A stretch of 64,000 bases of DNA from Stegostoma tigrinum. Its lineage: Eukaryota. Position 1 is the stretch's first letter; every line of letters begins with the position of its first letter. Position numbers and translations under genes: made by a program. The stretch lies in the NCBI RefSeq assembly GCF_030684315.1, contig NC_081373.1, forward strand, positions 23,289,989 to 23,353,988. Direction: 5' to 3'. Below the pieces are notes generated by a model, which was not told where the DNA came from, ran no database searches, and was given only the letters and a program-made list of their open reading frames with translations. Shown here in pieces: positions 40,251 to 53,857 of this stretch.

Positions 40251-40756
40251 AGAAGAAAGAGCAAGGTATAGGATCCTTACCACCTCAAGTGCACAGCAGA
40301 ATGCTGTCCCCACCACTTTAACAAGACTGAAACATTCTGTGTCAATGGCCTGCTAGTCCTCTGGTAACATGAAGCATCCCCGATTATCATGGGTGTATAC
40401 TTTATCTACTTACAGAACGTATATAATGTCCAAACTTCTGCTGCTCAGATTTAAAAAAAAACTATCAGCAAAGGGATCAGTTAGCAGGACAGCTAGTTTG
40501 CAATCTAGAGGATGTCACATCTTTGTTAAATTTTTATACCTGCTCAGGTTAAAATTAAGTAATCTCCTTCTCAACCTCTCCTCTTGCCTGAGGTGTGGTA
40601 ATCCTCAGGTCAAGCTACCACCAGTCATCACCCTTTAATGGGAAAACAGCCTTATGATCCATTGACACAGAATGTTTCAGTCTTGTTAAAGTGGTGGGGA
40701 CAGCATTCTGCTGTGCACTTGAGGTGGTAAGGATCCTATACCTTGCTCTTTCTTCT
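40251..40756. repeat. Perfect 98-bp inverted repeat with 310-bp spacer
   Basis: 40251-40348 is the exact reverse complement of 40659-40756 (compared base by base). Confidence 0.97.
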
Positions 40757-40909
40757 GTTAGTCAATGGCTGATAAGCTATAAATGTTATGCTGTCACCAT
40801 TTTTAGGCATAGTCATTAGGTTTTGTGAAAACATCTCATACACTCAACACAAGTGAATTTCTACACTAACATAAAATTAATGTTATTCAGTAACAAACAC
40901 GCATATATT

Positions 40910-41092
40910 CTGTAGACCTGGAGAAACACAGCAGGTCAAGCAGCAGCACAGGAGCAGTAAAGTTAATGTTTCGGGTCAGGTCCCAACCCAAAACGTAAAC
41001 TTTCCTGATCCTCTGTTGCCACCTCCCGTACTGTGTTCCTCCAGCTCCACACTTATTTCTGACTCCAGCATCTGCAGTTCTTGTTATCTCCA
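40910..41092. mobile_element. Penelope-like terminal fragment, inverted pair
   Basis: Two oppositely oriented copies of the ctgtgttc..ccagctccacac..ccagcatctgcagtt repeat. Confidence 0.7.
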
Positions 41093-41129
41093 TGCGTACA
41101 ATGTGCTTTTCAACCATGCCATTTTACAA

Positions 41130-42300
41130 AAGTACAAAAAAGGTAACCTGTGTTAATCTAATAATACCCATAATCTGTCTCATGGACGTTTTGCTTCTCA
41201 ACATTTAGCCATTAAGAATTATAAAATATTTCTTTGACTGTTTGTTAATGACAACGTTCCATCACACCTTTCAATCTCATTTCCCAAGCTAGTTTAATCC
41301 ATTCCCTCCTTCACACACTAGGTTTGTATTGAGCATGCCACACTCAAATTCAATACGAAACTCTAAAATGTATGATCACAAGTTTCCATAGGACGTCCTA
41401 CCATGACTAATTAATACTGGCTGATTACACACATTAGCCTCCTCCCAGATTGACTCCAGAATATACTGTTCAAAAATAAACGTTCACAAATACAGTCCAT
41501 CAACAGATCCACCAAACTAGTTCTGCAAATCAATTTGTTTGGGTTTTGTTTTGAAATAAGGATTGATCTCTGCCAGTTACTGAATTGCTTTGTCACATCT
41601 TATTTTTTGCTTAATACATGGCCAACAGTTTTAACTGATGGAGCCAATAAGCCACTGCTTTCTGACATTAAATCTGTCCATACATATTGATTCCACTTTG
41701 TGCTTTTGAGCACAGGTATTTCCTCAGTACTGTCTGCATCTTAATCAAGATTCATGCAGCCTTCTCAAAACTCATGCACCACAGATAATGCAGGGTCATG
41801 ATCTGGCCAGTCAGTAAAATCACAATATGACGCAAGCAGGTTTCCCTCACCAACCCATAATTTAGGTTATTTTCAATTATCGATTTGTGACTGACACTGC
41901 GTTTCCTGGTCTGTTGTTATAGAGTTTGACCTGCTCTCCCTTCTTTAAACAGGGGCATTACGCTCATTAACCTGTAACTGTTTTTGTGTTCAAGAAGGAT
42001 TCAGAAATTTCTGTGAAAGATTTATCACCTCTGCACATCTTTATCTAGTGGTAACTAATGTTTGCTTCCACATGAGTTCAAAAAACCCTAAGTAAAAACT
42101 TTTTAAGATGCCCATCATACTTTATTTTCGATAACGGGATCTTCCCCTCATTTAGTTCAACATACAAACTATTGTTTTATTATTTTCTGACAGAACCCCG
42201 TATTTCTCATTACACCATTTGGTGTCCTTTCTTCAGTTATGATCTTTTAACCTGTTTCAGTTCCCTAATTGAAAGGTGCAAGATGAAAACACTAGTTACA
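41130..42300 (-). mobile_element. Ancient CR1 RT remnant
   Basis: Minus-strand traces of PGPDH.P.L, PLFKEG and PGN...VS motifs. Confidence 0.5.
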
Positions 42301-43025
42301 TTAACATTGTTTTAACAGCACTTTTAGCAGAAAGCACACTGCACACGAATACCAAAATATATTTCAGCTACTTTTTGACACTGATGTTGATAATTGTCTG
42401 AAGGTTGCAATGCACTCTCAAAAGTCAATATGCCTGGCAGTGCCATCTTACAATTTGCAAATGTACAGAATTGTTCAAACGTTATTTGCCTTCAGGCTGC
42501 TAGGTGAGGAGTAGATGCTCATTTTCTGGATAATCTGAGTACTTAAATTACATTACCTTTATCCAAGGCTTGGGATAGTGAAAATTATACAGTATCATAC
42601 TGGATTTTATTACCCTGTTGTACTGGAAACAGCTCAATTAAGAGCAGTTCTCCCTTAGGAAACAGGAAAGACTGCAGTTTGTTAAACTTAAAGCACAACA
42701 ACAAAATTTTCATTCAAGTTTCTTAAGTCTATCCATAAGGATCTTGCCAAGATTCTTAGATCATAGAGATACCCTGCATTAACTTAAAATTCAGATTAAA
42801 AAGTCATTGACCTTTTATCTGTTAACTGTCTCTCTCTGCAAACACTGGCAAATATGTTGAGTATTTCAAGTATTTTCCATCTTAACATTTCTGCAATCTG
42901 TTCTAAATAGAATTCCCTGTTCACCACCTGGTAAGTACAATGTTTTGCATCCATTCATTTCCTTTCCAATTTCTGAACATGCAGATGACAGAGTACTCAC
43001 TATTAACCTAATTGGAAGTATAACA

Positions 43026-43132
43026 GATAGTAGGAACTGTCAATGCTGGACAATCTGAGATAACACGGTGTGAAGCTGGATGAACACAGCAGGCCAAGCA
43101 GCAGAGGAGCAGCAAAGTGTGACGTACTTTCC
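43026..43132 (-). mobile_element. Penelope-like terminal fragment with 13-bp TSD
   Basis: TGGAAGTATAACA at 43013-43025 and 43133-43145. Confidence 0.8.
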
Positions 43133-43214
43133 TGGAAGTATAACATACTTTTAGGAAGAAAAATACTAAAATAGTCATGTTTGTACAGTTATATTATAAC
43201 AAATGTCTGCAGTC

Positions 43215-43370
43215 CTGATTCCCTCATCCCTACCCTTCAATTTCCTCCCCACCCTTAACCCTTTTCATCCCTTCCCCAGTCCCCTTATTCCCTCACCTCA
43301 ACACCCTCACTTCCCTATAGTCCTAATTCCCAGCCCCTCCTTCACCACCATTCCCTAAACTTCCATTACC
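43215..43370 (+). repeat. C-rich low-complexity tract (G-rich on the TDRD1 sense strand)
   Basis: Repeated CCC runs with short spacers. Confidence 0.75.
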
Positions 43371-44839
43371 GGAATTTTTGTATTAAAAAAAAGAAATTGT
43401 TTGAACAAGTGAAACTACTATATTCGTGAACATTTAATTATTAATGAATTTGACTTCTACACTGCTGCATGGCATAGTCAGTTTCTACTATACAATGAGT
43501 AGGAGACAAAACATGGTGTCATGGCATTGCAAGCAAAGGTAAGGTGGACCATTCAGCTTTTGGGATCCACTACACCACAACATAAAAGCAGCAATTCGCT
43601 GTATGCCTCATTACTAAATACGCTGATTGAAAAGAAGCCCCTGAGCACATAGGATAAACACAGACTAAACTTGCCTCAAAACATTAATTCAGATAAATTT
43701 TAGTTAAATTAACTGTTTAATAAACTGGTAAGTTAATCACTGCTGAACATTACTGATACTGAAAATTTATAAGTGTGAAGTCACAAACCTTTCCAATTTT
43801 TATAAATTTTAAAAACATGTTGGAAGTATAATTTTGCATTTATAGAACATCTACCACTATCACCAGACACTTCAAAGTGGTTTACAGCCAAGTAAGTACT
43901 TTACAGTTCCTACTGTAACAAACAAATCATGACAGAAAATACATAGAGTGAATTCCCAACATGTAAAAATGACCCCACAATCTACACTTTCAAAACTGGG
44001 AAATAATGGCCAGGACATGAGGGATATTATCATTTGCACTGCTGTTTCAGCCCTAGTGCCATTTATCAATCCTCCAATTTGACTAGTCAAGCAGGTAGAA
44101 TTGCTCATTCTAGAGTTTGTAGGTAGCCATCTAGGGCACATCTAGGGTTGTATAGCATACAACCAAAGCCCAAATAACCATCGCATAATGTGCCACCAGT
44201 TAGCACGAACTGTGATCAAACACAAGCTTCAGATGTTTCATGGATTTCTGCATTTTATGCACAAGTTGAAGCAGCCTTCACACTGTTTCCATTACTTCAG
44301 GCTGACGTTTCTGAGCATACGTTATGGCTACTTAACATCATAGAGATCCATATGGTATGACACCAGCATTCATAAATATCTTCAGCTGATGCTGAAATTA
44401 AAAATAATTTTACACACTGCAGGAGCTTCTCATAAAGGGACTGAGACGTGCTATGATTGCATAGGAGGCGACTGGGGTAAAAGGACTGACATAGGATACA
44501 GTCATCCCCCCATCACACAAAAAACCTATATCAATCAACAACATTTCAAAGGGAGTTGAATCTTTTGTGGAATGTGCTCCAATTACAGCAAATTTCTCTG
44601 CTTGTTACCTTACATGTACTGTATGATTTATAACTTTCAAAAAGCTTAATTGCCATGACTCTGGTGTTCAGGTGAATTTTTAATCTGCATTAACAGGTAC
44701 GACATGGGGCATAAGCTAAACTCCAAATTCAGGCTGTTCCCTACGCACTAACTGTAGGCCAGAGAATAATAACCCCTCATGGCAAAGTGACTCTCGAAAA
44801 ATCTAAACAGACAATAAAAAAGGCTAACCTTAAGCTGAC

Positions 44840-45230
44840 CTTTTGCATCCGTCTTTCCCGCTGATATCGGTTTGGCTTGAACCCCGAACCAGTGGAATCG
44901 GGATGTCTCAGCTGCCCGACAGTTTAACACAAACAAGTGAGGATTTTTTTTTGGTCCCCAATTTCAATCTCTCCTCTTTTACCGTCGATAAAAGTATCGG
45001 GTAGCCATCCAAGCGAAGTTTAACAGTCAGAAAAGCATCCGCCGCGCGGATAATTTACCGTTAAACCCACCAGCTCCAAACTAGCACGTGTCTCTGACCA
45101 AGCCCGCGCTCAACTCACTCATTCCGCATGCGCCAAGCCTGGCAACGCCCACATCCGAGCCATTGTCAGAAAGATACAATCGCTTCCATTCATTAGAAAA
45201 ATCTAGGATGTGGTTGTCGAGTGCCGATTT
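44840..45230 (-). promoter_or_regulatory. Candidate TDRD1 promoter and non-coding exon 1
   Basis: Local CpG enrichment. E2F-type TTTCCCGC 44854-44861, MYB-type CCGTTA 45058-45063, E-box CACGTG 45085-45090, NRF1-like CGCATGCGC 45125-45133, RFX half-site 45138-45146. Minus-strand donor ACG|gtaaat would end an exon at 45059. Confidence 0.6.
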
Positions 45231-45305
45231 CTGAAGATGCGTCCAGATCTGAAATGCTAGCTTTCCTGTTCGGTCTGCTGTGTTCATCCAGCTCTACACG
45301 TTGTT

Positions 45306-45473
45306 ATCTCAGAGACAAGGAAGCCGGGCTTAAAATGATCCAAACAGATATAGACCTTTCTAATGATAACAAGGTGTAGAGCTGGATGAATCTCAGAGAC
45401 AAGGAAGCCGGGCTTAAAATGATCCAAACAGATATAGACCTTTCTAATGATAACAAGGTGTAGAGCTGGATGA
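45306..45473 (+). repeat. 84-bp perfect tandem duplication within a Penelope-like rearrangement
   Basis: Units 45306-45389 and 45390-45473. Confidence 0.95.
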
Positions 45474-47292
45474 ACATAATAGGTCAAATAGCATCAAGAG
45501 GAGCAGGAAAGCTGACGTTTCGGGCCTCGACCCTTCTTCAGGTCCTTTCTTCAGATTCTCCAGCATCTGAAGTTCCTACTATCTCCTTCCTTGTCTCTGA
45601 GCTTGGCGGCGTGGGTTCAAGCCTCGCTTGTTCCACAGGTGTACCAAAACCGTTCTGAACAAGTTAATTAAAACAAAACTACTCTCGATTCCATTTATCC
45701 ACTCAATGATTCCATGGGTTTTAAGCAAGACTCTCCCGCATCCCCGCAACATACTCGTACGGATCATGATGTAGATTTAATCTAAAAGACTGTATACTTG
45801 TTTGTGAGTCAATCCCGTTGTGGTGGTCTTGTCTTGGCTTGGGGGCACTAGTCCCTAGGTTTTTGGCGTCCAGGCGTTCCAGCTGCCTGGTAGGCAGCCT
45901 CATTCAGGAGTGGTGGCCTCGGCCCGGCATGACGGTTTCTGGCGGAGGCTTTCAGCCTAGTATCCAATGGCCTGGCGTGGCGGTCTCATCCCAGCTGCAT
46001 CCTCAGGGTATTCCGCCGTTCCTAAATCGGCTTTCCCCGTACGCAGGAGCCGTAAACTGAACTGTGATGAATTTTGTCTTAATTTTACCTTTTTTTTCGT
46101 TATTATGAATGACTGTCATTGATGTAGACGTCATGGTAGGCAACATAAAACTTTTCACTGTATGTTTCATGTAAAAGTACACATGACAATAATTTTCTAT
46201 TCTATTCCACATCTGATCACACGGTGATTTTTACCCAAAACATTCCTTTGTGTCTCAACTTCCTTTGAATACTTGAAGTGTTATTAACATTCAAGGCAAT
46301 GGGGCGAGTGCGGGAAAGTGGGACTGGTGTAGATTCACTGTGCTTTTGGCGCTATAGACTCGATAGCAATTCCTATATTGTATAATTCTATAATTCCTTG
46401 TCTTTAGAATTTCACCTCCCAAGCCCATCACTCATTACTCATTATCAAGAGGTTGATCACTAAAAGAATATTTGTCGTTGGTGAGTCCAGAACTCGGGAC
46501 CATTGTGTAAAAATGAGGGGTCACCCTTTTAGGACAGAGATGAGTAGATTATTTTTTCTCATTGAATTGTATGAGTTTGGAACTCTGCTTCAGAAGGGGA
46601 AGGTGGGTCTTTCAATATTTCTGAGGGGGAGATAGGTAGATTCTTGTTACTCAAAGGTTTCAGGGAAGATGGAAATTTGGAGTTTTAAACACAATCAGAT
46701 CAACTATGATCTTACTGAATGGAAGAACAAGTTTGCAGAATCAAAGGCCTGCTTCTGCTATTAATTTGTATGTTCATAGCTCCTTCCAAATCTCTACCAA
46801 CCCAGTAGCTTCAGTGAGATGCACAACAATATTGGATGGTTCCTCTTCCCATTTTCATGTGATGAAAATTATCTGACCTGCATTGGATACATTCCCACTG
46901 CCCATAATATCTTATAATCCTCTGTATCTTTCTTAAGGAATCTTAACACATTGGTATGTGAGACTTTCAGCCATTTTAGAATGGTATTGCTTTCTGAGAA
47001 TAAAAACTGAAAATTCTCAGATTTTCAGACACATCTAAGACCAAAGAAAGAGGAGCAGAAGTAGACCTACAGACAGTTGAAACCTCTTTATTATTCAACA
47101 TTACTGCTCTGTGTCAACTTCATTTCCCAAACAGCTTCCTGTATGGATTGTTTTCCAGAGTGACCAAAAATCTGCCCAATTCACCTTTAAATATATTCAA
47201 TGAAGATCATTACAACTCTCTGGGGCAGAGAATTCCAATGATTGACAAACACTGTTGAGTACAGAAATTTCTCCTCAGCCCAATCCTAAATG

Positions 47293-47382
47293 ACTTCACC
47301 TGAAGAAGGAGCAGCACTGTGAAAGCTTGTGATTTCAAGTAAACCTGTTGGACTATAACCTGGTATCATGTGATTTCTGAGT
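47293..47382 (+). mobile_element. Short retroelement 3'-end insertion (Penelope-type terminus) with 12-bp TSD, inside an old CR1 3' fragment
   Basis: CAATCCTAAATG at 47281-47292 and 47383-47394. Confidence 0.7.
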
Positions 47383-49949
47383 CAATCCTAAATGCATTGT
47401 CCCTTATCTTGAGTGTGTGCACTATATTTTTGATCTTCCAGTGTCATGCCTCACTGGAATAGCATGCTGGAAATCAAGCCCTGCTTTTCCCAGAGCTAAA
47501 GTTAAAGATTTTATCAAAGTATGCCAATTTCCCTCTTTACTTGTCTTTGTTGAGCCAGGTTAACAGAAAACGCAAACCAGGTTCTGTACTTAACAAAAAT
47601 TGCTACTTATTACAAATATATAGATTCGACTCCAGTTAAAGAATATGAACTGTCAACGTATACCTCCACTAGTTAAAATTATAAACCCCTAATAAAACAT
47701 ATATTTACACGTACATACAAAAAAAATGATGTTATAGTGAGGAAAGGCAGTTTAATGGCCCCTGTCCAAAGGGTTCACAAAGATGATCCTTTAGCTTGCC
47801 AGGGTATGCTTCTCCTCACTCTCTCTTCTCCAAGTACATTTCACTTCCTTCCAGGAGGCACAGGGTGACTACTTCGCAAATTATAAAATACACAGTTTAC
47901 AACAACTTGTGGGACAAGCCTTTTCTTAAAGTCTTCAGTTATTTTATTGTATGAAGGGGACACCACTTCCTCTTCAGGAGGTCTGAAGTATCTGCGAATA
48001 TGGGACCTCTGATATTGAAGACTTAAGAAATTTCATAACTGTTTATGGATTGAATGAATCAACAAAGATAAACCCCAAAACTCAAAAGAATCAGCAATCA
48101 TTCTATCTGGAACAAACTGTTAAAGACAAGGGCAAACGTATATGAGAATTCAAAGCAATTAGCCATGTCTTGGAAGGAAGGAATCGAGATTACATAGACA
48201 AAACTGCTTTGACCGCTGCTTGGTCAACTGGATTCTTTATTGCCACAAAGGACAAGATTGCCCTGCTGAGGAATTTAGGAATTTAAACACAGGAAAGCTG
48301 TATCCTTGAACAGACAGTTAAGGCTAAATATAACAAGGACCAAAGAAATTACCTCTGATAAGGAAGCAAGCTCCAGTCTCAAGGATGCAAGGAGGATAAT
48401 CAATATTTTGGATGAAAAGACTTTAAGAATCATCAATATTTCACCTCATAGACCTGAAAGATGAAAGTTGGATAATAGCCAAGTTGGATTGTCAGGCTTA
48501 ACTTGCTTACTTGAGGGGTCTTATTTTGGTTACTACATGCAATAAAGTGTAAATGAATGTTTCAGTACTTGATTGACTGTGAAATTTCTTAATTAGTAGC
48601 CAAATTAATGGTAACTTGTGGATATTTACCTACAACAGTGCAATTTACATAGGCTGTCAACCACTGACAACCCATTGATTTGGAAGTCAAAGGATCGTGT
48701 TGGGTTCATAATGTTAAATTTATTTTTCTCTTCAAATAACTAGAGTTCATAATGTTTATTTGTTTTTCTCTCTGTCTGATGTGTAATCTACATGTATGGA
48801 ATAAATGCGATTTAAAAGGAATACAAGCATAATTAAAGGAAGACACACAAAATGTGACCACTGCCTCTTGGACTTGCTACATAAATAACTACTGTAACTA
48901 AAATTTGCAAGAGAATTTTCTGCGTTCAAGTCTCTTTCTGCATTTGCCTGAATAAACTTTGTTATTCTATACTTCTTGTTTGAAATCACCACATCTCTCC
49001 TCATACCAGGAACCAATCATGTGAACCTGCGGAAGAAGAAACAGCAATAGTATTTCAGTTAGATGATCTCTTGTCAGGTTGCAACAACTTGGAGTTTTAA
49101 CGAATTGCAAAAGACAGCAAAAGAGAAAGTAAAGATCCAGTAAATTAATTAATGGTAAAGTCGCTATTAGGCACATATACTTAACCCAGAACACAAGAAC
49201 AGTAGTGCAATAGGTTATACAGCCTAATCCACCATTTTATTCTTTTATAGCATGTATGTGTAACTGGTAAAGCTGACAGTTGTTGGCAATTATCTTCCAT
49301 TGATACAGGGGTGTCATTAGATGACTGGAGGTGAATGCTGGTGATGGCCTACAGTTATTATGACTGGACAGTTAATCCAGAACCAAGGTAGTGTCCTGGG
49401 AACCTGAGTTTGAACAAAATGATTTAGGGTGAGCTGCCTTCTTGTCTTTGCTGCCAATCTAAATGGGGGTTTGCTTTCAGTGCCATCCAGCAAAGAGTTG
49501 TAGGATTCAACAGTAAGGAATGATGATGCAGTTCCAAGTTATTATAGTGACAGGCCATATATATGAGAGTAGAACATTAAAGCTCATTGCTGATCAGTGA
49601 CCTAACTTCACATCCCACTTTTGCCCCATGTCCTTTAATAATTACTGTTCAGAAAGGGTCATTCGATCCATCTTGCCTGTCCTGATTCCTTGCAGCAGCA
49701 ACTGAGTTATTTGCACATAGCTCCTGAGTCTGCAACTTTTTTTCTCCTTGGTGTTTATTTAATTTTCTTTTGAAACCATGATTGAATTTACTTTCACCAC
49801 ACTCATTTCAAATCCTAGATGGTTTGATGGAGTCATTGAGATCTACAGCACAGAGAAAGTTCTTTCCGCCCAACGTGTCCACACCAGTCAAAAACAACCA
49901 TTTAACTATTCCAATTATAATGATGTGTTAAGTAAGAACTTTGTAACCA

Positions 49950-50500
49950 GGTCATGTTGCAGTTGTATAGGACTTTGGTTCGGCCACATTTGGAGTACTG
50001 TGTACAGTTCTGATTGCCACATTACCAAAAGGATGTGGATGCTTTGGAGAGGGTGCAGAGGAGGTTCACCAGGATGTTGCCTGGTATGGAGGGTGCTAGG
50101 CTATGAAGAGAGGTTGATTAGATTAGGATTATTTTCATTAGAAAGACGGAGATTGAGGGGGGACCTGATTGAGGTCTACAAAATCATGAGGGTGGATAGC
50201 AAAAAGCTTTTTCACAGAGTGGGGGACTCAATTACTAGGGGTCATGAGTTCAAAGTGAGAGGGGGAAAGTTTAAGGGAGATATGTGTGGAAAGTTCTTTA
50301 CACAGAGGGTGGTGGGTGCCTGGAACACGTTGCCAGCGGAGCTGGTAGACGCAGACACGTTAGTGTCTTTTAAGATATATTTGGACTTGGAGGGCAGGGA
50401 ACAAATGGACACAGACCGTTAGAAAATAGATGACAGGTTAAACAGAGGATCTTGATCGGCGCAGGCTTGGAGGGCCGAAGGGCCTGTTCCTGTGCTGTAA
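49950..50500 (+). mobile_element. CR1 LINE 3' fragment
   Basis: YEERLIRLGLFSLERRRLRGDLIEVYKIM...FFTQRVVGAWNTLP; close to the end of the 15207-19185 element. Confidence 0.92.
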
Positions 50501-51619
50501 TTTTCTTTTTCTTTGTAATCTGCTCCACATGTGACACCGTACCCACAGCAGTCTGGTTGACTGTTATCTGCCAACTGGGCAATTAGGGATGGGTGATAAA
50601 TGCTGACTATCCAGCGATATCCTCATCCTCTAAATGAATAATAACAAAGCTCTGAATTAGAAATATCAAAAAAAATCAATTGTTTGCATTCACTTAGCGC
50701 TTGCCTTGCCAGTACCCTTGCCCATCCAAATGCTTCTACAAAGTGTCACCCAGTGGTAGCAATATGGCGGATGAAAGGGAGTCACTTTCAGAGGGGGAGA
50801 CTGATGATTTTGCAAGAAAATCTTGAGGAACTCTGTACTTTAAGGCACAGAATCTGTCCTGGACCTGGCAATGCTTCAAGCACTTCATTGTGCATACCCA
50901 TCTAAATCCTCATTTGACTCCCCTGCAGCAAAACTTTTTGCGTAATACTTCACCCTATGAGGAGTTGGCATACAATCTATGTATTCCCCAACGTTTCCAT
51001 AGTCCCTTTTGTACAATTACTCGCTACATGTTGACCCTCACAATGATACCCTCAGCATTTGGTTTCCCTGACTACAATAGGTCGTAAGTGTTCTGTACTG
51101 CGATGAATAAAAGACAAATAAATGGAAATTTTACATAGAACAAGTGTTTGAAGTCTTGATGGTAAGATGGGAGGATAGGTCTTACATCTCCTACTTCAGC
51201 TTGGAAGGATGCTGTGGGAAGTGAAAGGTGTATTGAAGGTGGTTGAAGATGGAGTGTTGATGAAGGAAAATATCCTTCAGAATGATGAAAGAGGCGAGAA
51301 AAATGCAGCAGATGGTGGCACCTTACTGGAAATGGTGATAGATAATACATGTGAAAGCTGGAGCACTGAAAGATGAGGACAATAATTTTGCGGCCAAAGA
51401 AGATGATTGAGATGGAGACAACCAATATTTCAAAAGGAGATTGTATGGTAATTAAGAAAAGTAGATTGCAATATTACAGAGATATCGTGTGGAAGGGACT
51501 GAATTAATTGCTGTATAGTAAGCCAGCATAAATTTAATGGGATCAATTCCAACAACTCTCTAATTTTAAGGAATGCACTATCAGTCCGAAGTTGCCCTGC
51601 ACAATTCCTGACATTTGGC

Positions 51620-51815
51620 TTGTTTTGCAGGCAGGGCCCTGAAGGTTCTGCTGGGCAAGGTGATGTAGGTATGCAATGTCTCCTGTCTTCAGGATCAGCA
51701 GAGGAAGATACAACACTAGACCATGTCAGACTAGTCTGAGGTCAGTGCAGTTTCAGCCATGCAGAGGATTTACAGCAATATAGGAAGGAAATCAATGGCA
51801 TTCTCCAATCTGCCA
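51620..51815 (+). mobile_element. Degenerate Myb/SANT-like ORF of Harbinger type
   Basis: FAGRALKVLLGKV...SEVSAVSAMQR...QQYRKEINGILQSA resembles FSxxxLEVLL...VSA...R..QCRKKxNDL; contains stops. Confidence 0.5.
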
Positions 51816-52439
51816 GCCAAAGAGTCACCTTAAATACACTGTACTTCTGCTACTGTACTCACCTGTCACCAAGGCTCATGTTCTACCACTCCCATTGTTG
51901 CCTGCAGTATCTTCTCTCACTTGATTTCATCCATGCCACACCACCACAGCAATAAAGCTGCATGTTCTCTGTGCTGCCTACTCACTCACCTGGATCACCT
52001 TCCCACTTGCAACAACACTAACAACACTTGCTTCACATCCTTAATACCTGCATCTTTCATTCCAGAAAGCAGACTACAATAGGGCAAAGAGAGTCCAGAC
52101 AGGTGATGGGCTGTCTGACACACAGTTCCTCATTCCATTTTGAGGAGAGAATCCTGACCATCTTGAGACCTGATAGACCAAGTGTTGGACTGGTAATGGA
52201 GGCTTTCCTTGACATATTGAGACAGGAGTCCCTGACTGAAGGCTATGTCCCTCGACTTGACTGAGCACTACTGACAAACATGATGAGCTTACTGGTTTTG
52301 TGTCGGCTGTAAATGCTGGGGCAATATGGCAATACTGTGAGCTTGTTATCAAAGCTGAGGAGCAGGGCAGAAAAAGGCCAGGCATGATAAAGAAAAGATG
52401 CTCGAAGTAGGTAGCTAAAAGTGAGTAAACACTTAGTGA

Positions 52440-52735
52440 ACAAGAGGTGCAGCCAGGTCCAATCCATGAGCTGGTTGCATGTCCCTGAAGGCAAAGATAT
52501 CTTGCTGTAGCATTACGTTTGTCAGATTGTTCTGAAGAAGAATCATAGCAAACTCAAAACATTAACTCTGTTTCTCTCTCCACAAATTTTGCCAGACCTG
52601 CTGGGTTTCTTCAACATAGTCTGCCTTTAATGTAATGATAGTTGCGATTGTGCCCCAGGGTCCAGCATTAAAGTGCAAAAGCATACTGGATTATTGATGT
52701 GCCATGGGAGTATTTAGAGATGCACACATCAGATG
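52440..52735. repeat. Source copy of a roughly 300-bp inverted duplication (partner 54270-54577)
   Basis: Reverse-complement match, about 90 percent identical by eye, with one 6-bp indel and a (TG)n expansion. Confidence 0.92.
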
Positions 52736-53857
52736 CCAAAGTCTGAGACAAATTCTAGGGGACAGGCCTAGCATCCAGCATGGAGACTCTTTCAAGAAGG
52801 TTGAGCCTAAGTTGCTAGCTATCCTTTATGACTTCCGTGTTAAGAATTCTTGGCATCTAGCTTGCTCATGTCAATGGTACATTATAAATCTGCATATTAA
52901 TGAGGCAAGATCTGAAGTTAATAAGGTTGCTAATAGGCAATAGTCCCCTTTCATATGCAACTTGTTTGCAAGAATCTTACCTTGATAGGCAGAACTTAGT
53001 TAAAAGGTAGATCTATTTAATATACTGTTACTTACTTATAGGTACAGCAAAAAGAGTAGCAAGTTGGCTTTATTGTCAGGATGAGCCTCAGCAAACTTCT
53101 TTATCAATTCTGCCACATTTCTAGTCATAGTCCACATTGTTCAGTACCCTACACAATTCCAACTATAATGTTAAATTAATAGCATCATTGAAGTTTGAAG
53201 ATTTATCCCTTAGCAGCCACTATCAGCCAATTCTCTTCCTATAAAGTTGAACAAACTAAAGAATTACAAGGGTAAGTGAATTACAGCTGTTGCTAGAGAA
53301 ATTGGCATATATAACTGTAATGGTGTTTCATTCCCAGAGTATTCATAGAATGAAAATATATCCTGTTGCAGACATGGTATGCCTTCTGGGCACATTCAAA
53401 TATAGGACTGTGGAAACAATCAATCACTTATAAACATCAAGTAATGCAATTGTATAATGGAATGGCTGTTCAGTTCCCTGCTAGTGCTAAGTAGACTTTA
53501 GGACGCTGATACTTATACAATGGAAGTCATTCCCTGATGTACTTTTACAGTGATTTCTCAGTTCTCTTGGAGTATGAAAGATGCCAGAGGCTTAGGAGTA
53601 GGCATTGTATTCACTTTCACAAGAGCTGCCACTCCAATTTCCTTTTTTTATATATCTGAAATGACATTTAGAGCTAAATCGAAAAAAAGCTGCAAAAGCT
53701 GACTTTCTGGGACAGGCTTTTTGGGGATGAATCCAGTCTAAATACTAAGCACTACCTAAAAACTATTTATGCTCATCTTAATTTGAATTCATTCCACCCA
53801 AAAAGAAATTATTTTTGAAGCAAACTGTGTTGAATTATACCTTCCAATTAATGACAC

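Noticed and set aside
47440-48715. Possible solo LTR remnants (also 12620-13310 and 28200-28640)
   Set aside because: LTR-like texture only; no paired ends, TSD, PBS or internal ORFs could be established.
49778-50422. 214-aa ORF as a host gene
   Set aside because: Chance fusion of random sequence with a frameshifted CR1 ORF2 C-terminus.
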